Sequence record: OZ035743.1
Direction: 5' to 3' (one strand)
DNA from: Phapecoctavirus DIJ07P1
DNA length: 64,000 nucleotides
Positions within the stretch are counted from its first letter, which is position 1, and the number at the start of each line of letters is the position of its first letter. This document shows, in pieces, positions 28,177 through 38,528 of this stretch. A model generated the notes under the pieces. The model worked only from the letters and a program-made list of their open reading frames with translations. It had not been told where the DNA came from and made no database searches. The translations under genes were made by a program, and so were the position numbers.

Positions 28177-29987
28177 AGATGTTTCTCCCTTTGCAAAACT
28201 TCCTGCATTTTACCTTTGTTATAAGGCCGTGAATTAGGGGCAGAAAGATACCCTGATACACGCCTAACTACAGAAATAGTTTCTTCTTCATGGTTGCCAC
28301 AATCAGGGCACTCAAACCCTTTAGCCGTTGCCTTAAATTCTCCATGAAAACCACACTTAAAGCATTGATCCACGGGCTGATTAATACCAAAATAGTGAAT
28401 ATGTTCATAAGCGTAGTCTACTAAAGTCTCCAAAGCTTCTAAGTTATTCTTTAAGTTTGGTGTTTCGACATAACTTATGTTACCACCATTGCTAATCTGT
28501 GCAAAACCTGCTTCATAATCCCATTTTTCAAAAGGATTTGTTACCAACCATACAGGTTGGTGAAAAGAGTTGGTAAGATAGTCTCTTTCTACCAAACCTG
28601 GGTATTTTTCATTTAAAGCTGTTGCAAACTTATAGCACAAGGATTCTGCTGGAGTTCCATAGAGACTAAACGCCAACTTAGATCGTTCTTTAAACACAGC
28701 ACACACATCTTTCATATGTTGCAGAACGCTTTTACCAAGTTCCTTTTTATCTTTTTCTTCTGGATAAAGGATTTCCAAAGCTTCGGCAAGACCTACATAA
28801 CCAATACTAATAGAAGCATAACCACCTTCAAACAAAACACCAATTTCATCATTGGCATTTAAACGCGCTAAAGCCCCTTCCATGAAAAGAATAGGGTTTT
28901 CAGATGCTTTGGTATGTTTAATACGGTTTACACGTAACATGTGAGCATCGTAGGCTATCTCCATATGTTTATTAAGGAGGTCGGTGAAAGATTCTCCTTT
29001 ACTTCTCGCTTCCGCAGCAATCAGAGGCAAGTTGATAGAAACTACTCCAAGGTTGAATCGTCCATCATATTTTTCTCCTTGTTCGGTGGCATAGTACGAC
29101 AAAAAGGAACGACAACCCATACTCGTAACAGTACCATCTGCTGATCCCGTAACTTCTTTGTTCAAAGGAACAGAAATAAAATCTGGATAAATGCGATCAG
29201 CACAACATGCCAAAGCTTGTTGCTTAAGGTCATAGTTAGGATCACTAGGTTTCATGTTCACACCTTCTTGTAAAAAGAAAATAACTTTAGGAAATACAGG
29301 TGTTACATGATCTTTGCCTAGACCATTACTATGCACTTTAAGATAGTTAGCTGTGATCATTCTGCCAAAAACAGAGGTATCCAGGCCCATACTGATTGTA
29401 ATAAAAGGAGATTGTCCATTTACACTCATTAAAGTATTAACCTGATACAAGAGAGTTTGCATAGCATCATATACATCTTGTTCGGTCATTTCTAGGGCTT
29501 CTTTCCTTGCATAACAACCGTAGCGACGTTTAGTTATCTCCATGTTTTTAAGGAAACTAGCTTCAACATAAGGACTAAGACCTTTATCAATGTGCGCACA
29601 CGTCTGACCTCCATACTGACTGGAGGCAACAGCTTGGATGATTTGAGTTAGCACTGTAGTAGCTACTCCAATAGATTTTGGTTTTTCTATCTGTGCAGCA
29701 CCGATCTTAAAACCATTCTCTAACATATCTTGATAATTAACAAGACAACAGTTTGTAAGAGGAGAGAGCAGATAATCCAAGTCGTGAATATGTCCAAAAC
29801 CTTCTGTATGCCATTCTGACAAGTTTTTTGGCAGTATCTGTGTCATTGCCATATGTTTGCTTAAAATCCCCGCCAAGAGATCCCTATGCGTGTTAACGAG
29901 GTGGGAAGGTTTGTTTGCATTCTCTCTAGTGTATGTTTCTGAAGTGCGATCTAAAAAAGAAAAAACATCTTGGTACAAATCTTTCAT
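28173..29987 (-). CDS. nrdD: Anaerobic ribonucleoside-triphosphate reductase
   Basis: 604 aa; C-terminal CFKCGFHGEF...CPDCGN zinc site followed by glycyl-radical motif RRVSGYL. Confidence 0.9.
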   Translation of the reverse strand: MKDLYQDVFSFLDRTSETYTRENANKPSHLVNTHRDLLAGILSKHMAMTQILPKNLSEWHTEGFGHIHDLDYLLSPLTNCCLVNYQDMLENGFKIGAAQIEKPKSIGVATTVLTQIIQAVASSQYGGQTCAHIDKGLSPYVEASFLKNMEITKRRYGCYARKEALEMTEQDVYDAMQTLLYQVNTLMSVNGQSPFITISMGLDTSVFGRMITANYLKVHSNGLGKDHVTPVFPKVIFFLQEGVNMKPSDPNYDLKQQALACCADRIYPDFISVPLNKEVTGSADGTVTSMGCRSFLSYYATEQGEKYDGRFNLGVVSINLPLIAAEARSKGESFTDLLNKHMEIAYDAHMLRVNRIKHTKASENPILFMEGALARLNANDEIGVLFEGGYASISIGYVGLAEALEILYPEEKDKKELGKSVLQHMKDVCAVFKERSKLAFSLYGTPAESLCYKFATALNEKYPGLVERDYLTNSFHQPVWLVTNPFEKWDYEAGFAQISNGGNISYVETPNLKNNLEALETLVDYAYEHIHYFGINQPVDQCFKCGFHGEFKATAKGFECPDCGNHEEETISVVRRVSGYLSAPNSRPYNKGKMQEVLQREKHL

Positions 29988-30007
29988 TATTAATCCTTAT
30001 TTTGTGA

Positions 30008-30025
30008 GTAGAACTATTATTCTAC
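30008..30025. promoter_or_regulatory. Inverted repeat upstream of nrdD (possible operator)
   Basis: gtagaa-ctatta-ttctac palindrome in nrdD 5' region. Confidence 0.3.
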
Positions 30026-30061
30026 CTCTTCCAACCGAAAAAAGCTTTGAGGGAAATCAAA

Positions 30062-30080
30062 AAAGGCGCAAAGTGCGCCT
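30062..30080 (-). terminator. Rho-independent terminator
   Basis: aggcgca-aag-tgcgcct hairpin followed by T-run on minus strand. Confidence 0.7.
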
Positions 30081-30090
30081 TTAAGTTTTA

Positions 30091-31476
30091 TCATTTGGAG
30101 AGGAATTGTCTTCCCATGATCTTACCGTTCTTCACAGCGGTCCCATCGTGTCCATTGTAATCCCAGGTTCCATCGATATTACGCAAGAAGCTATCACGAA
30201 CAGTATAGGCTTTACCGTTCTCTACTTTACTTTCTTCCACAATGATTGCCATAACAAGCTTATTTTCAATTTCGGTAGTAACCGATTCTTTGATACCCTC
30301 TGTAACTTCACGATCATATTGGATATAAACTCGCTCCTCGGTTACTTGCACGTCTACCACATTTTTAAATGTGTAGGTCTGTTGCGTAGTGTAGAGGACA
30401 CGAACGACACTCTTCTTACCTACCGGAGGCTTCTTACGAGGCTTACGGTAACGTGGTTTAGGGTTGTTAGTTGGAAGCCAACCAACAATATCCCGATCAT
30501 ATCCAACATGACCCCAAGTGAAATGCGTAGCCGATCCACTATCCGTAGTTCCGTCACGAAAGAGAACTTCTACGTGACCACCACAAGGGCGGTGTCCACC
30601 ATTATTATAGTTGTATTTTGCCGTGCGCGGGAGAATGAAGTATTCTTTAATCGCCCACTCTTCCAGATTGTCGATATTCCAAGTGAATACTGTTCCCTTA
30701 GCAACATCTGTTTGACCATTGTTGAAGCGAACCTGCACGAAATCTTCTGAAGGCATAACACCTGTGTTCGGCAGATATTCAAATGCAGTATCTTCCGCTA
30801 CAAACTGTTCTTCCTCTTGCTCCTCAATACTTGGCACAGGCGCAGCTTCATCGTATTTCGCAGCAAACATATTTTTAAATTCTTGAGCCGTGACTTCTAC
30901 AAGGCCGCGATCACCAGTAGCAGCAGAGTGTGGGCGTGGTAAATCCCCAACTTCAATATGCATTGCATCTAAGCCTGCTTGACGATCAAAGAAGATAACC
31001 TTGCGGAATTGTTTATCTTTATATTGTGGCAGTTCATACATACTTGGATCGATTGTCTTCAAACGTTCAGCATCTTCTGGCTTCCAGAAGCTTTTACCTG
31101 TTGCAAATCTAAAGTCTACCAGTAGTTTAACAACATCTCCTAATGATAAACTATCTGCATCTACGAAAACGTCTTCGATTCCCAATAACCCTGATTTCTT
31201 AAGAATCAGATCTAACATGTAACCTCCTGTGGTTTGTTCTGCATCTGGATAACGATCAACACTGGTGCTGGTTACACCGTTTATTTCACCAGTGGAGGCA
31301 TTGTAGGAAATATATGGGAAGGTCATATCGTTCATTGCAAAATCACCTGAACAGGTTGGATCATCTTCTCCCTCCCAACCATACACCTTCACAATACCTT
31401 CACACAATTTGTCATACACACCAGCGCGACGTGCTGCTTCAGCAACTTCCTGTTTACGGGCAAATTTATTAATCAT
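30091..31476 (-). CDS. Hypothetical protein
   Basis: Start set at MINKFARK after AGGAGG RBS. Confidence 0.6.
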   Translation of the reverse strand: MINKFARKQEVAEAARRAGVYDKLCEGIVKVYGWEGEDDPTCSGDFAMNDMTFPYISYNASTGEINGVTSTSVDRYPDAEQTTGGYMLDLILKKSGLLGIEDVFVDADSLSLGDVVKLLVDFRFATGKSFWKPEDAERLKTIDPSMYELPQYKDKQFRKVIFFDRQAGLDAMHIEVGDLPRPHSAATGDRGLVEVTAQEFKNMFAAKYDEAAPVPSIEEQEEEQFVAEDTAFEYLPNTGVMPSEDFVQVRFNNGQTDVAKGTVFTWNIDNLEEWAIKEYFILPRTAKYNYNNGGHRPCGGHVEVLFRDGTTDSGSATHFTWGHVGYDRDIVGWLPTNNPKPRYRKPRKKPPVGKKSVVRVLYTTQQTYTFKNVVDVQVTEERVYIQYDREVTEGIKESVTTEIENKLVMAIIVEESKVENGKAYTVRDSFLRNIDGTWDYNGHDGTAVKNGKIMGRQFLSK

Positions 31477-32023
31477 GATTCCTCCTGTTAATTGCCATAG
31501 ATGCACGAGGTTCGGCTATGGCTGTTGCATAAATATATGGATGACCTTGTGGGGACAATCTTGTTCCGAATGACCCTAATTCTAAACCATTCATGTCTTC
31601 CACGTCAAGACCAATATCTGTCTCTATGATTTGAGTTTGAACTTTGTAATACGTCCAAAAGAAATAGCGCATAGTTTCGGCATATTCTTTGACGGACGCT
31701 CCTGGATAAAACTCAATAATTTCCAACTTTAAGAAAATGTTAAAATGAGCATCATCCAACTCTTCTTCTGTTCGGTAGCAAGGTGTTAGAGCCATATAAG
31801 GATGATCTGTTGAAAATTCAAACCCATCTTTCTCCATCTGGAGGAAAGACTGCTCTGCACTGGCTACGTAGAACTTACCATTAGGATGCCCCAAGGGGCG
31901 ATCCTCTTTACCTTCTGGTAATGTATATGCAAGGATATCCGCATCTACAAGATAAGGGACTTCCAACATCTCCGCAAATCGCCCGTAGTAATCAATAGCT
32001 TGAGCAATAACAGCTACGTTCAT
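31469..32023 (-). CDS. Hypothetical protein
   Basis: 184-aa ORF. Confidence 0.6.
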   Translation of the reverse strand: MNVAVIAQAIDYYGRFAEMLEVPYLVDADILAYTLPEGKEDRPLGHPNGKFYVASAEQSFLQMEKDGFEFSTDHPYMALTPCYRTEEELDDAHFNIFLKLEIIEFYPGASVKEYAETMRYFFWTYYKVQTQIIETDIGLDVEDMNGLELGSFGTRLSPQGHPYIYATAIAEPRASMAINRRNHD

Positions 32024-32271
32024 GATCTTCCTCCTGTGCGGAAAGCGCGTTTAGTAATGCTGGACATAATGATTAAATCTTGTAAAGTCATATCTGGGAA
32101 CTGTTGTTCTAAAACTCCCTCAACAGCACCTATAATATCTGATAATTCAACAAGTTGCATTATTTTGCAATCCTGTTCAACAGCATCAAAAAGTTCTTCT
32201 ACTTCCTCTTTAATCTTTTCTATGCTGCCATAAGGTTGTTTCTTAATGTCTGTTATGTGATACCCCGCCAT
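32020..32271 (-). CDS. Hypothetical protein
   Basis: 83-aa ORF. Confidence 0.5.
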   Translation of the reverse strand: MAGYHITDIKKQPYGSIEKIKEEVEELFDAVEQDCKIMQLVELSDIIGAVEGVLEQQFPDMTLQDLIIMSSITKRAFRTGGRS

Positions 32272-33864
32272 TTAACGATCCTCTCTGATTTGATTAATCT
32301 TACGAGCAAGGGCAGCTATAAGCTTATCTTCTTCGGATACAGGAGCCGTGCTCTTACCTAAACGATGCATGTCTAGAATCTCTTGAACAGTCCGGTTCCA
32401 TTGTAGACATTTAATACAACGTGTATGTGCAACATACAGAAGATTTCGTTCTGATTCTTCAAGACCTACCCACTCACCCTTCTTATCATAATTAGAAGGA
32501 AAGTCATTTGCAACAATAACCTGATCCCATTCCAAACCTTTTGATTTGTGGGCTGTAGTTAAAGTAACTTTAGCCGTTGGAGAGTTACGGTGCATACGTA
32601 AAGTGTATGCAATATTATTAGCTTTACCAGAAACAACAATGTTTAAAAGTCGTTTTGCATCAGGATCTGATTCTGCACACTCTACAAATTCTTCCCAAGA
32701 AGTGTAAGGTAGAACTGTCTCATGCTTAACTTTGTCCAAATCACCTCTACGTAAAGCATTAACACTATCAACCATAGAAATGAAATCTTTGGTATCTACG
32801 TTAATAATAATCTCTTCTCCGTTAGCGATTCGGTCCATAGCTTCGAGCAACAAAGTCAAATTCTTACGGAAAATAATGGTGTAAGGTTTACTATAATCTA
32901 CCACATCAGAATGAAAACTTCCAGTGACAGTATCATAACCTTTGCCTACCAGCGGATGCTTCAGAGGTGAACGATCAGAAAGGATCGCATTAGCAATGTC
33001 CGCAACTTTAGGACCAAAGCGAAAACAAGCTGTCAGAGGCAACTCAACCCCATATGTAGCCGTTTGCTTCATCATGTTCTGGCTTCCACGGAACTGATAA
33101 ATACTCTGAAATTCATCACCCACAACAACAATACGTTTAGCCGATTTAGCATTGCGAAGGATAGACAGGAATGCAGGGTTAACATCCTGGAATTCATCTC
33201 CAAAAATAATATCGTATCCTAAGTCTTCTTTGCTCAATTCAAAGAGTTTCACATAGGTGTCATGAGTCATAATGGTTTCTGATTTAGGATCGATACGCTC
33301 ACGCCAAAGTTGCTTCGCATATTTAACAACTTCGTTAATAAGTTTTTGTTCGTTGATGTTTTTACGTTTTAGGTCTGACATGTGCACTTTAGGAAAATGT
33401 TTATGTCCGATATGTTCATCGTCAGAAAACTCATATTTAGCTAAAGTTTGTTTTACCATTAACCCGATCATTGCACGAGTCAGTAGCACTTTACCATTCT
33501 TATCGATCAAGTTCTGAATCTTGAATTTCTTGGCAATCTCACTACCAGTGCCAGCTACGTTAACATATTGACCTTCTGGACGAGATAATTTGTGTCGAAG
33601 GTTTTGTGGAAGACGCTGGTAACAGATAGAATGTAGCGTTCGGCACATAACATTGGGCGGCATTTTACGTCGAGCTTCCTCTGCCATACTTTTGTTAAAT
33701 GCTAAGTATAGGATACTATCATTTGTACCATTAGCCAACATATACAGCGTTGACGTTTTACCTGATCCAGATTTAGCTTGAATTGTAACGAAACGATTTT
33801 CTTGATACCCACTTTCAATAGCGTATTGTTCGTCGGTAGGTGTAAAACTCAATTGTGTAGACAC
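32272..33864 (-). CDS. UvrD/Rep-like superfamily 1 DNA helicase
   Basis: 530 aa; Walker A AKSGSGKTS, motif II GDEFQD, motif III-like QSIYQFRGS, motif VI-like TTAHKSKGLEWDQV. Confidence 0.8.
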   Translation of the reverse strand: MSTQLSFTPTDEQYAIESGYQENRFVTIQAKSGSGKTSTLYMLANGTNDSILYLAFNKSMAEEARRKMPPNVMCRTLHSICYQRLPQNLRHKLSRPEGQYVNVAGTGSEIAKKFKIQNLIDKNGKVLLTRAMIGLMVKQTLAKYEFSDDEHIGHKHFPKVHMSDLKRKNINEQKLINEVVKYAKQLWRERIDPKSETIMTHDTYVKLFELSKEDLGYDIIFGDEFQDVNPAFLSILRNAKSAKRIVVVGDEFQSIYQFRGSQNMMKQTATYGVELPLTACFRFGPKVADIANAILSDRSPLKHPLVGKGYDTVTGSFHSDVVDYSKPYTIIFRKNLTLLLEAMDRIANGEEIIINVDTKDFISMVDSVNALRRGDLDKVKHETVLPYTSWEEFVECAESDPDAKRLLNIVVSGKANNIAYTLRMHRNSPTAKVTLTTAHKSKGLEWDQVIVANDFPSNYDKKGEWVGLEESERNLLYVAHTRCIKCLQWNRTVQEILDMHRLGKSTAPVSEEDKLIAALARKINQIREDR

Positions 33865-33878
33865 GTATTTCTCCTCTC

Positions 33879-34394
33879 TTAATAAAAACTCTTGACAATC
33901 CTCATCATTTCCTTAGCTCTGCTGGCGTAAGGTTCTTTTAGATTAGGTGGCAAATGTGCATTAATGTACCCCATTTGTTTTTCCCATGTCCACTTATCTT
34001 TAAATCTTGGCATGGTGTCTCCTGCTAAACTGTTTTCTTTTCGTGTTTGAATAATCCAATTACATGGGAAATGCACACCACCTTTACGGAAGGGAATATA
34101 ATGTCCCAATGTGAATGCCTTATTGTTCTTTAAACGTCCAGCTAAATTAAGATTAACAATAAGACTACGAAACACGTAGTATTGATAAAGATTGTCAACA
34201 GTATATACAGAGTAGTATGCTCTAAGTGCATTATCTCTACTAAGATTACCAACATCCAAACTGCACCAGTTTAAATTACTTGGATCGTAGTTGTGATTAT
34301 CAATCCATTCTTCTCTTTCCTCAAATTCTGCATTAACAGCAGACTGCCCTGCTGTAGATACAAAAAGAGAATTTGCATCAAAGAACATACTCAC
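33879..34394 (-). CDS. Hypothetical protein
   Basis: 171-aa ORF. Confidence 0.55.
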   Translation of the reverse strand: MSMFFDANSLFVSTAGQSAVNAEFEEREEWIDNHNYDPSNLNWCSLDVGNLSRDNALRAYYSVYTVDNLYQYYVFRSLIVNLNLAGRLKNNKAFTLGHYIPFRKGGVHFPCNWIIQTRKENSLAGDTMPRFKDKWTWEKQMGYINAHLPPNLKEPYASRAKEMMRIVKSFY

Positions 34395-34401
34395 TCCCCC
34401 T

Positions 34402-34755
34402 TTAGTTTACATCGTTTAGAGCATTACCAATCTTTAAGATAATAACATCATTAAGAGCTTCTTCTCCATTAAGGCCAGAGAAAGCAGGAGTAACGAAAGT
34501 TACCATATAATAATGGTCTTCTTGTAGGATTGCGATAACACCGTCTAGTTTAACATCTCCTGTGAAACGAAAAACTTTCAACTTTTGTTCTAAAGGAAGA
34601 TCTCCTTCAACATTTAAAACCATATCTCCGACACCAAACTTTTCTGCCCCGATGTAGATGTAAGCTTGGTCCTCTTTTTTATGGTAATACAATGTTGCTT
34701 GTTTGTCTTGTAGTGTTGTGATACCAAACACATCTACATCAATAATATTTTTCAA
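34402..34755 (-). CDS. Hypothetical protein
   Basis: Start set at TTG after GGAGGAG RBS (ORF-track ATG would overlap upstream gene by 61 nt). Confidence 0.45.
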   Translation of the reverse strand: MKNIIDVDVFGITTLQDKQATLYYHKKEDQAYIYIGAEKFGVGDMVLNVEGDLPLEQKLKVFRFTGDVKLDGVIAILQEDHYYMVTFVTPAFSGLNGEEALNDVIILKIGNALNDVN

Positions 34756-35120
34756 AAATTCTCCTCCCAAATCCAATAATTGTCTACATAAGTAGGATGC
34801 CTTTTGTCCCACTCTTTTCTAGCCCAGGCCACGGCTGCTATCAATACATCTCCATGACAAGGTTGAGGGGAGCAGAAGCAAACTAAATCTTTCCCTTCTA
34901 ACTCTAATAAATCTTCGAGAGTGATCTTACCACAACGAATTTGCTCCCACAACCACTCTTTATACCTTTGTATAGTTGATCCTCGTGGTTCATCATCTTT
35001 TAACTTAAAAGGGTTTGCAAACTTAGAGGCTTTTAGTCCCATATGTGGCATTGCTCTACCAATATAAACAGCACCATCTGGGATTGTTTTGCCTAAATGG
35101 TAAAAGTTTAATACCTTCAT
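34752..35120 (-). CDS. Conserved phage protein (possibly DUF4326-like)
   Basis: 122 aa; FANPF...CFCSPQPCHGD block; family name is tentative. Confidence 0.5.
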   Translation of the reverse strand: MKVLNFYHLGKTIPDGAVYIGRAMPHMGLKASKFANPFKLKDDEPRGSTIQRYKEWLWEQIRCGKITLEDLLELEGKDLVCFCSPQPCHGDVLIAAVAWARKEWDKRHPTYVDNYWIWEENF

Positions 35121-35121
35121 A

Positions 35122-35484
35122 TTAACCTAAACACATACGTGCGATCAGACCCTGGATGAGTTTATCTGCTTCTTCACGATCATAGTCGGTATCTTCTATA
35201 CCACCATCTTCATCACGATAAACTTTACCTTCAAGGTAGCCAGCATCGATCAAACCAATAATCAAATCGAACTGCCAGCAAGAGTTACCGAAAGGGCGTT
35301 TTCCACTGAAACTATCTTCTTCTTCCCAAAGTGTAGAGAGCAGTCGTCTGAAATATTCACGCACAGTAACAGTGCCAAGATCATCGTCTTCAAAAACAAC
35401 ATCTAAAGCATCTGGTTCAGCTTTTTCTACAACAGGCACATAACGTTGACCATTAATAACAACATCTACAATCGTTTCTCTCAT
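35122..35484 (-). CDS. Hypothetical acidic protein
   Basis: 120-aa ORF. Confidence 0.55.
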   Translation of the reverse strand: MRETIVDVVINGQRYVPVVEKAEPDALDVVFEDDDLGTVTVREYFRRLLSTLWEEEDSFSGKRPFGNSCWQFDLIIGLIDAGYLEGKVYRDEDGGIEDTDYDREEADKLIQGLIARMCLG

Positions 35485-35843
35485 TTTTCCTCCTTCTTGT
35501 ATTCTAAGAACATGTCAACTTCATAAGCTGTCCGTTCATCAAATTTGCTAGGATCTACTAAAATAAAAAGTTGTTTATTTATATCTTGAAACTCTTTTAC
35601 TACAATGTAAAGGTGTTTCTTACAAGAGAAGCCTGTTGCTCGATAAGCATCGCCCCAATCATCCACACCTTTTAATGTTTCTACATACTTACATTTTATT
35701 TTATCTTTACCATCTTGGTAAAGTGCTTCACCTCCGAACCATGTGAAGAATTTAGTGCGATCTGCCCCAACCTTAAAGCCGTCACGAGCAAAAACACCAG
35801 CAGAGGCTAATAACAGCAAGGCAAACAGCACTTTTCTCATCAC
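35481..35843 (-). CDS. Secreted protein with signal peptide
   Basis: N-terminal MMRKVLFALLLLASAGVFA. Confidence 0.6.
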   Translation of the reverse strand: MMRKVLFALLLLASAGVFARDGFKVGADRTKFFTWFGGEALYQDGKDKIKCKYVETLKGVDDWGDAYRATGFSCKKHLYIVVKEFQDINKQLFILVDPSKFDERTAYEVDMFLEYKKEEK

Positions 35844-36151
35844 ATCTCCTCGTCGGACTTCAAGGCTTTAGAGAATACTACATTAAACATTTCACCGCAA
35901 CCATTATTAACATAATACATGATGTAATTATCATCTTCATCTACAGGCGCACGATACTCCAATTCATAACTATACAAATTAGAATTACTTGTGCAACCTT
36001 GTGGATACCAAAAGTAAAGTTCACCACAAGATTCTACCCATTTAAGACCAGTCCGATCTTCAAATACTAATGTAGATGGATTTTCTGAATCTTTTACAGC
36101 CTCTTCGTAATACTGGTGCACCGTAACTGCTAATGATAATGTACTCATCAC
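35840..36151 (-). CDS. Hypothetical protein
   Basis: 103-aa ORF. Confidence 0.55.
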   Translation of the reverse strand: MMSTLSLAVTVHQYYEEAVKDSENPSTLVFEDRTGLKWVESCGELYFWYPQGCTSNSNLYSYELEYRAPVDEDDNYIMYYVNNGCGEMFNVVFSKALKSDEEM

Positions 36152-36364
36152 GCCTCCAAATAGTGTTTACAAATGACAAAACGCCATGTTTGTTTATAAT
36201 AGTCTCTTTTTTCAAGAGCCTCTTTGTAAGAGGGTATACGTTGCGACAGAAGCATCCATTCACAATCTGCACCCATTCTTCCATAAAGCGCGTAACGGAT
36301 GTTACTTTGTTTATCTCCCATAAATGCCTCCTTAATCTTGTTTACAAGTATACCCTCTAATTAG

Positions 36365-36562
36365 TTACACTTTTTCCCAAGTACCAAAAGCACAGGAAGG
36401 GTAGATTCCAACTTGGGGGTTTCCGTTATCATCTTTGAAAGTAAAACTGTTGTTGTCTTTATCAAGAACTGTAGAATAAATCTTACCAACAGTAACGCAG
36501 TTGGAAGCTTGACCCAGTTCAGTGAGAGTAAGACATTTCATTTTCTGTTTCTTTGTAGCCAT
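36365..36562 (-). CDS. Hypothetical protein
   Basis: 65-aa ORF; TTGACA/TAGAAT promoter-like sequence upstream. Confidence 0.5.
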   Translation of the reverse strand: MATKKQKMKCLTLTELGQASNCVTVGKIYSTVLDKDNNSFTFKDDNGNPQVGIYPSCAFGTWEKV

Positions 36563-36644
36563 TTATAAAATCTCCTTAGTAAGTGAATCTTTATTCTACA
36601 CAAAGAGCTTTGCACATGTCAAGTAACTCTTTGTCAGATTAGTC

Positions 36645-36914
36645 TTAATGATTGGTGATGTTGATCACAATCTTGGTTTCAACTTTAGCCCAACAGGAGT
36701 CTGCTTCATTAAAACGACTATTCACAATGTATTCTCCTGCACGAGAACCTGTTAAACACACTGCACCTGTATCTGTAGCCAAATAGTATTCTCGTTCTTG
36801 TTCATCTACTTCTGCAATGTAATAGTAGAAAACAGACATAGGTTCAATTTCAGATAAACGGTATAACTTTGGAACAGGGGATTTCTCGATAAACTCAACA
36901 GAAGTTTTACTCAT
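36645..36914 (-). CDS. Hypothetical protein
   Basis: 89-aa ORF. Confidence 0.55.
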   Translation of the reverse strand: MSKTSVEFIEKSPVPKLYRLSEIEPMSVFYYYIAEVDEQEREYYLATDTGAVCLTGSRAGEYIVNSRFNEADSCWAKVETKIVINITNH

Positions 36915-37147
36915 TTGTTTTCTCCTAGATCTAAACTAATTAAGAAGTCACGAAGGATGATCATTTGTTCTGTAGACAATGATAATACACCTTCTCCATA
37001 AATATCACCAGACCATTCAGCAGTTAGATCTAGTGTACCAGTACCAGGAAACCAATCAACAGTGATCTGATTACCATTAGAGTCAGGTAGTATTTCACTG
37101 ACTAACATAACACACTCTCCTATTATTGTTCTTGATCTTACGATCAT
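36911..37147 (-). CDS. Hypothetical protein
   Basis: 78-aa ORF. Confidence 0.5.
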   Translation of the reverse strand: MIVRSRTIIGECVMLVSEILPDSNGNQITVDWFPGTGTLDLTAEWSGDIYGEGVLSLSTEQMIILRDFLISLDLGENK

Positions 37148-37284
37148 CTACCGATAAGAACAAGTACTTAAATCTCTGTTCTTCGAACATCTAACGATAG
37201 AGATTAATCTATTACATAATCTATACTCGCTATCGCTCGACCCTTCGGGGTTAGGGTAGCATATTTTTTGAAAAAAGTCAACAC

Positions 37285-37635
37285 TTATTTTTTGGTAAGT
37301 AGATAAATCAATTGTTCACCTGCTTCTGGTGCATATAGTGCTTTAGTATCGAAGTCAAAGAAGTGAGTGACTCCTGTTACTTTGGATGCATGAATAGATA
37401 ATCGTGCAAGCTTAAGCAGATTATCCATTTCCGCAATCTTTGCACGAAATACTGCACGTGTAGCGTCAAAAGCTGCATGTGGCATGTATTTACGATTTAG
37501 ACTACTACGTTTAAATTTACGATAATCTGCAATGATCTTGTTACGTTCTTTGTTCAAGTGCTTTACCAGTGCAGTGTATACATGTGGTTCTTTGTTAGCC
37601 ATTGTTAATCTCCTCTTCATATGTTGGTAGTGCAT
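37285..37635 (-). CDS. Hypothetical basic protein
   Basis: 116-aa ORF. Confidence 0.55.
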   Translation of the reverse strand: MHYQHMKRRLTMANKEPHVYTALVKHLNKERNKIIADYRKFKRSSLNRKYMPHAAFDATRAVFRAKIAEMDNLLKLARLSIHASKVTGVTHFFDFDTKALYAPEAGEQLIYLLTKK

Positions 37636-37807
37636 GGTATGCGATCACAGGTGCCAAGTCAAAATAAAAATGACCATTGATAACAGCTATCGTGCCATTG
37701 CGTGTTTTGTTAACTTCACAGAATCCCTTCTTGCCGTTTGCCATGATTACAAGCCACTCTCCGATAGGAACATCCTCGGTACCAGATACTTTAATCCATC
37801 CACTCAC
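37595..37807 (-). CDS. Hypothetical protein
   Basis: 70-aa ORF. Confidence 0.5.
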   Translation of the reverse strand: MSGWIKVSGTEDVPIGEWLVIMANGKKGFCEVNKTRNGTIAVINGHFYFDLAPVIAYHALPTYEEEINNG

Positions 37808-38061
37808 TTTACTTCCCCTTTGTAATCGGACACTATACCAGGTCTTACTTTTGCCTTAAGATGTTTCAACTCTACCATAGGAGTTGCCACTTGTATAGGG
37901 CTAACTTCAACCTTGTAGATAGTATATTCATAAGTCGCATATTTACCGATGGAATGCAAATACTTAATTGCGTGTTCAGGGGAATCTGCTTCAACATACC
38001 CTAAATCTTTCGTAGTACGACCTTCGGTATCGCCTTCAGTGGTTACGTGATAAAGTGTCAT
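37804..38061 (-). CDS. Hypothetical protein
   Basis: 85-aa ORF. Confidence 0.55.
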   Translation of the reverse strand: MTLYHVTTEGDTEGRTTKDLGYVEADSPEHAIKYLHSIGKYATYEYTIYKVEVSPIQVATPMVELKHLKAKVRPGIVSDYKGEVK

Positions 38062-38381
38062 AAAACCTCCTTCTGGTTGGCTGCTTCAATCATAACGTTA
38101 AGAGTCTCCATACCGCTTTCAACTGCTTGAGCAATCTCTTGGAACACTGTTTTCTTAAAGATGTATAAAGATCCTGCCTGTAAGCGTTGCACACAGCATA
38201 AGAGGGTTTGGTGATCCATAACAAAGTCTCCATAAGCACAATCAATTTTCCCTGTGATTGGGTTGTCTCGTGAGCGAGGATCGTATTCTAATGTGATATG
38301 CGTTACACCAGGTAAAGTAACAAACTGACAACGGATGTTGACACGTGGTGCAATTGACACGCTAAACAAACTGTTTGACAT
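38058..38381 (-). CDS. Hypothetical protein
   Basis: 107-aa ORF. Confidence 0.55.
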   Translation of the reverse strand: MSNSLFSVSIAPRVNIRCQFVTLPGVTHITLEYDPRSRDNPITGKIDCAYGDFVMDHQTLLCCVQRLQAGSLYIFKKTVFQEIAQAVESGMETLNVMIEAANQKEVL

Positions 38382-38528
38382 TTAAACCTCCTCGTAGTAA
38401 GGCAAAGCTTTGATCAGCTGTTCTGAAGTGCCATTCTCTGTCCATGTAACCCCGTTGTCAAGAGAAACATACCCTTTCTTATCGATAAATTTACGGAGAC
38501 AACCAGTGAACTTGTTTTTGTAGATCAT
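38382..38528 (-). CDS. Hypothetical small protein (below ORF-track cutoff)
   Basis: about 48-aa ORF read manually (MIYKNKFTGCLRKF...); ATG overlaps upstream stop. Confidence 0.35.
   Translation of the reverse strand: MIYKNKFTGCLRKFIDKKGYVSLDNGVTWTENGTSEQLIKALPYYEEV

Noticed and set aside
30106-30750. 214-aa plus-strand ORF antisense to 30091..31476
   Set aside because: Embedded in an operon gene on the opposite strand; no start context.
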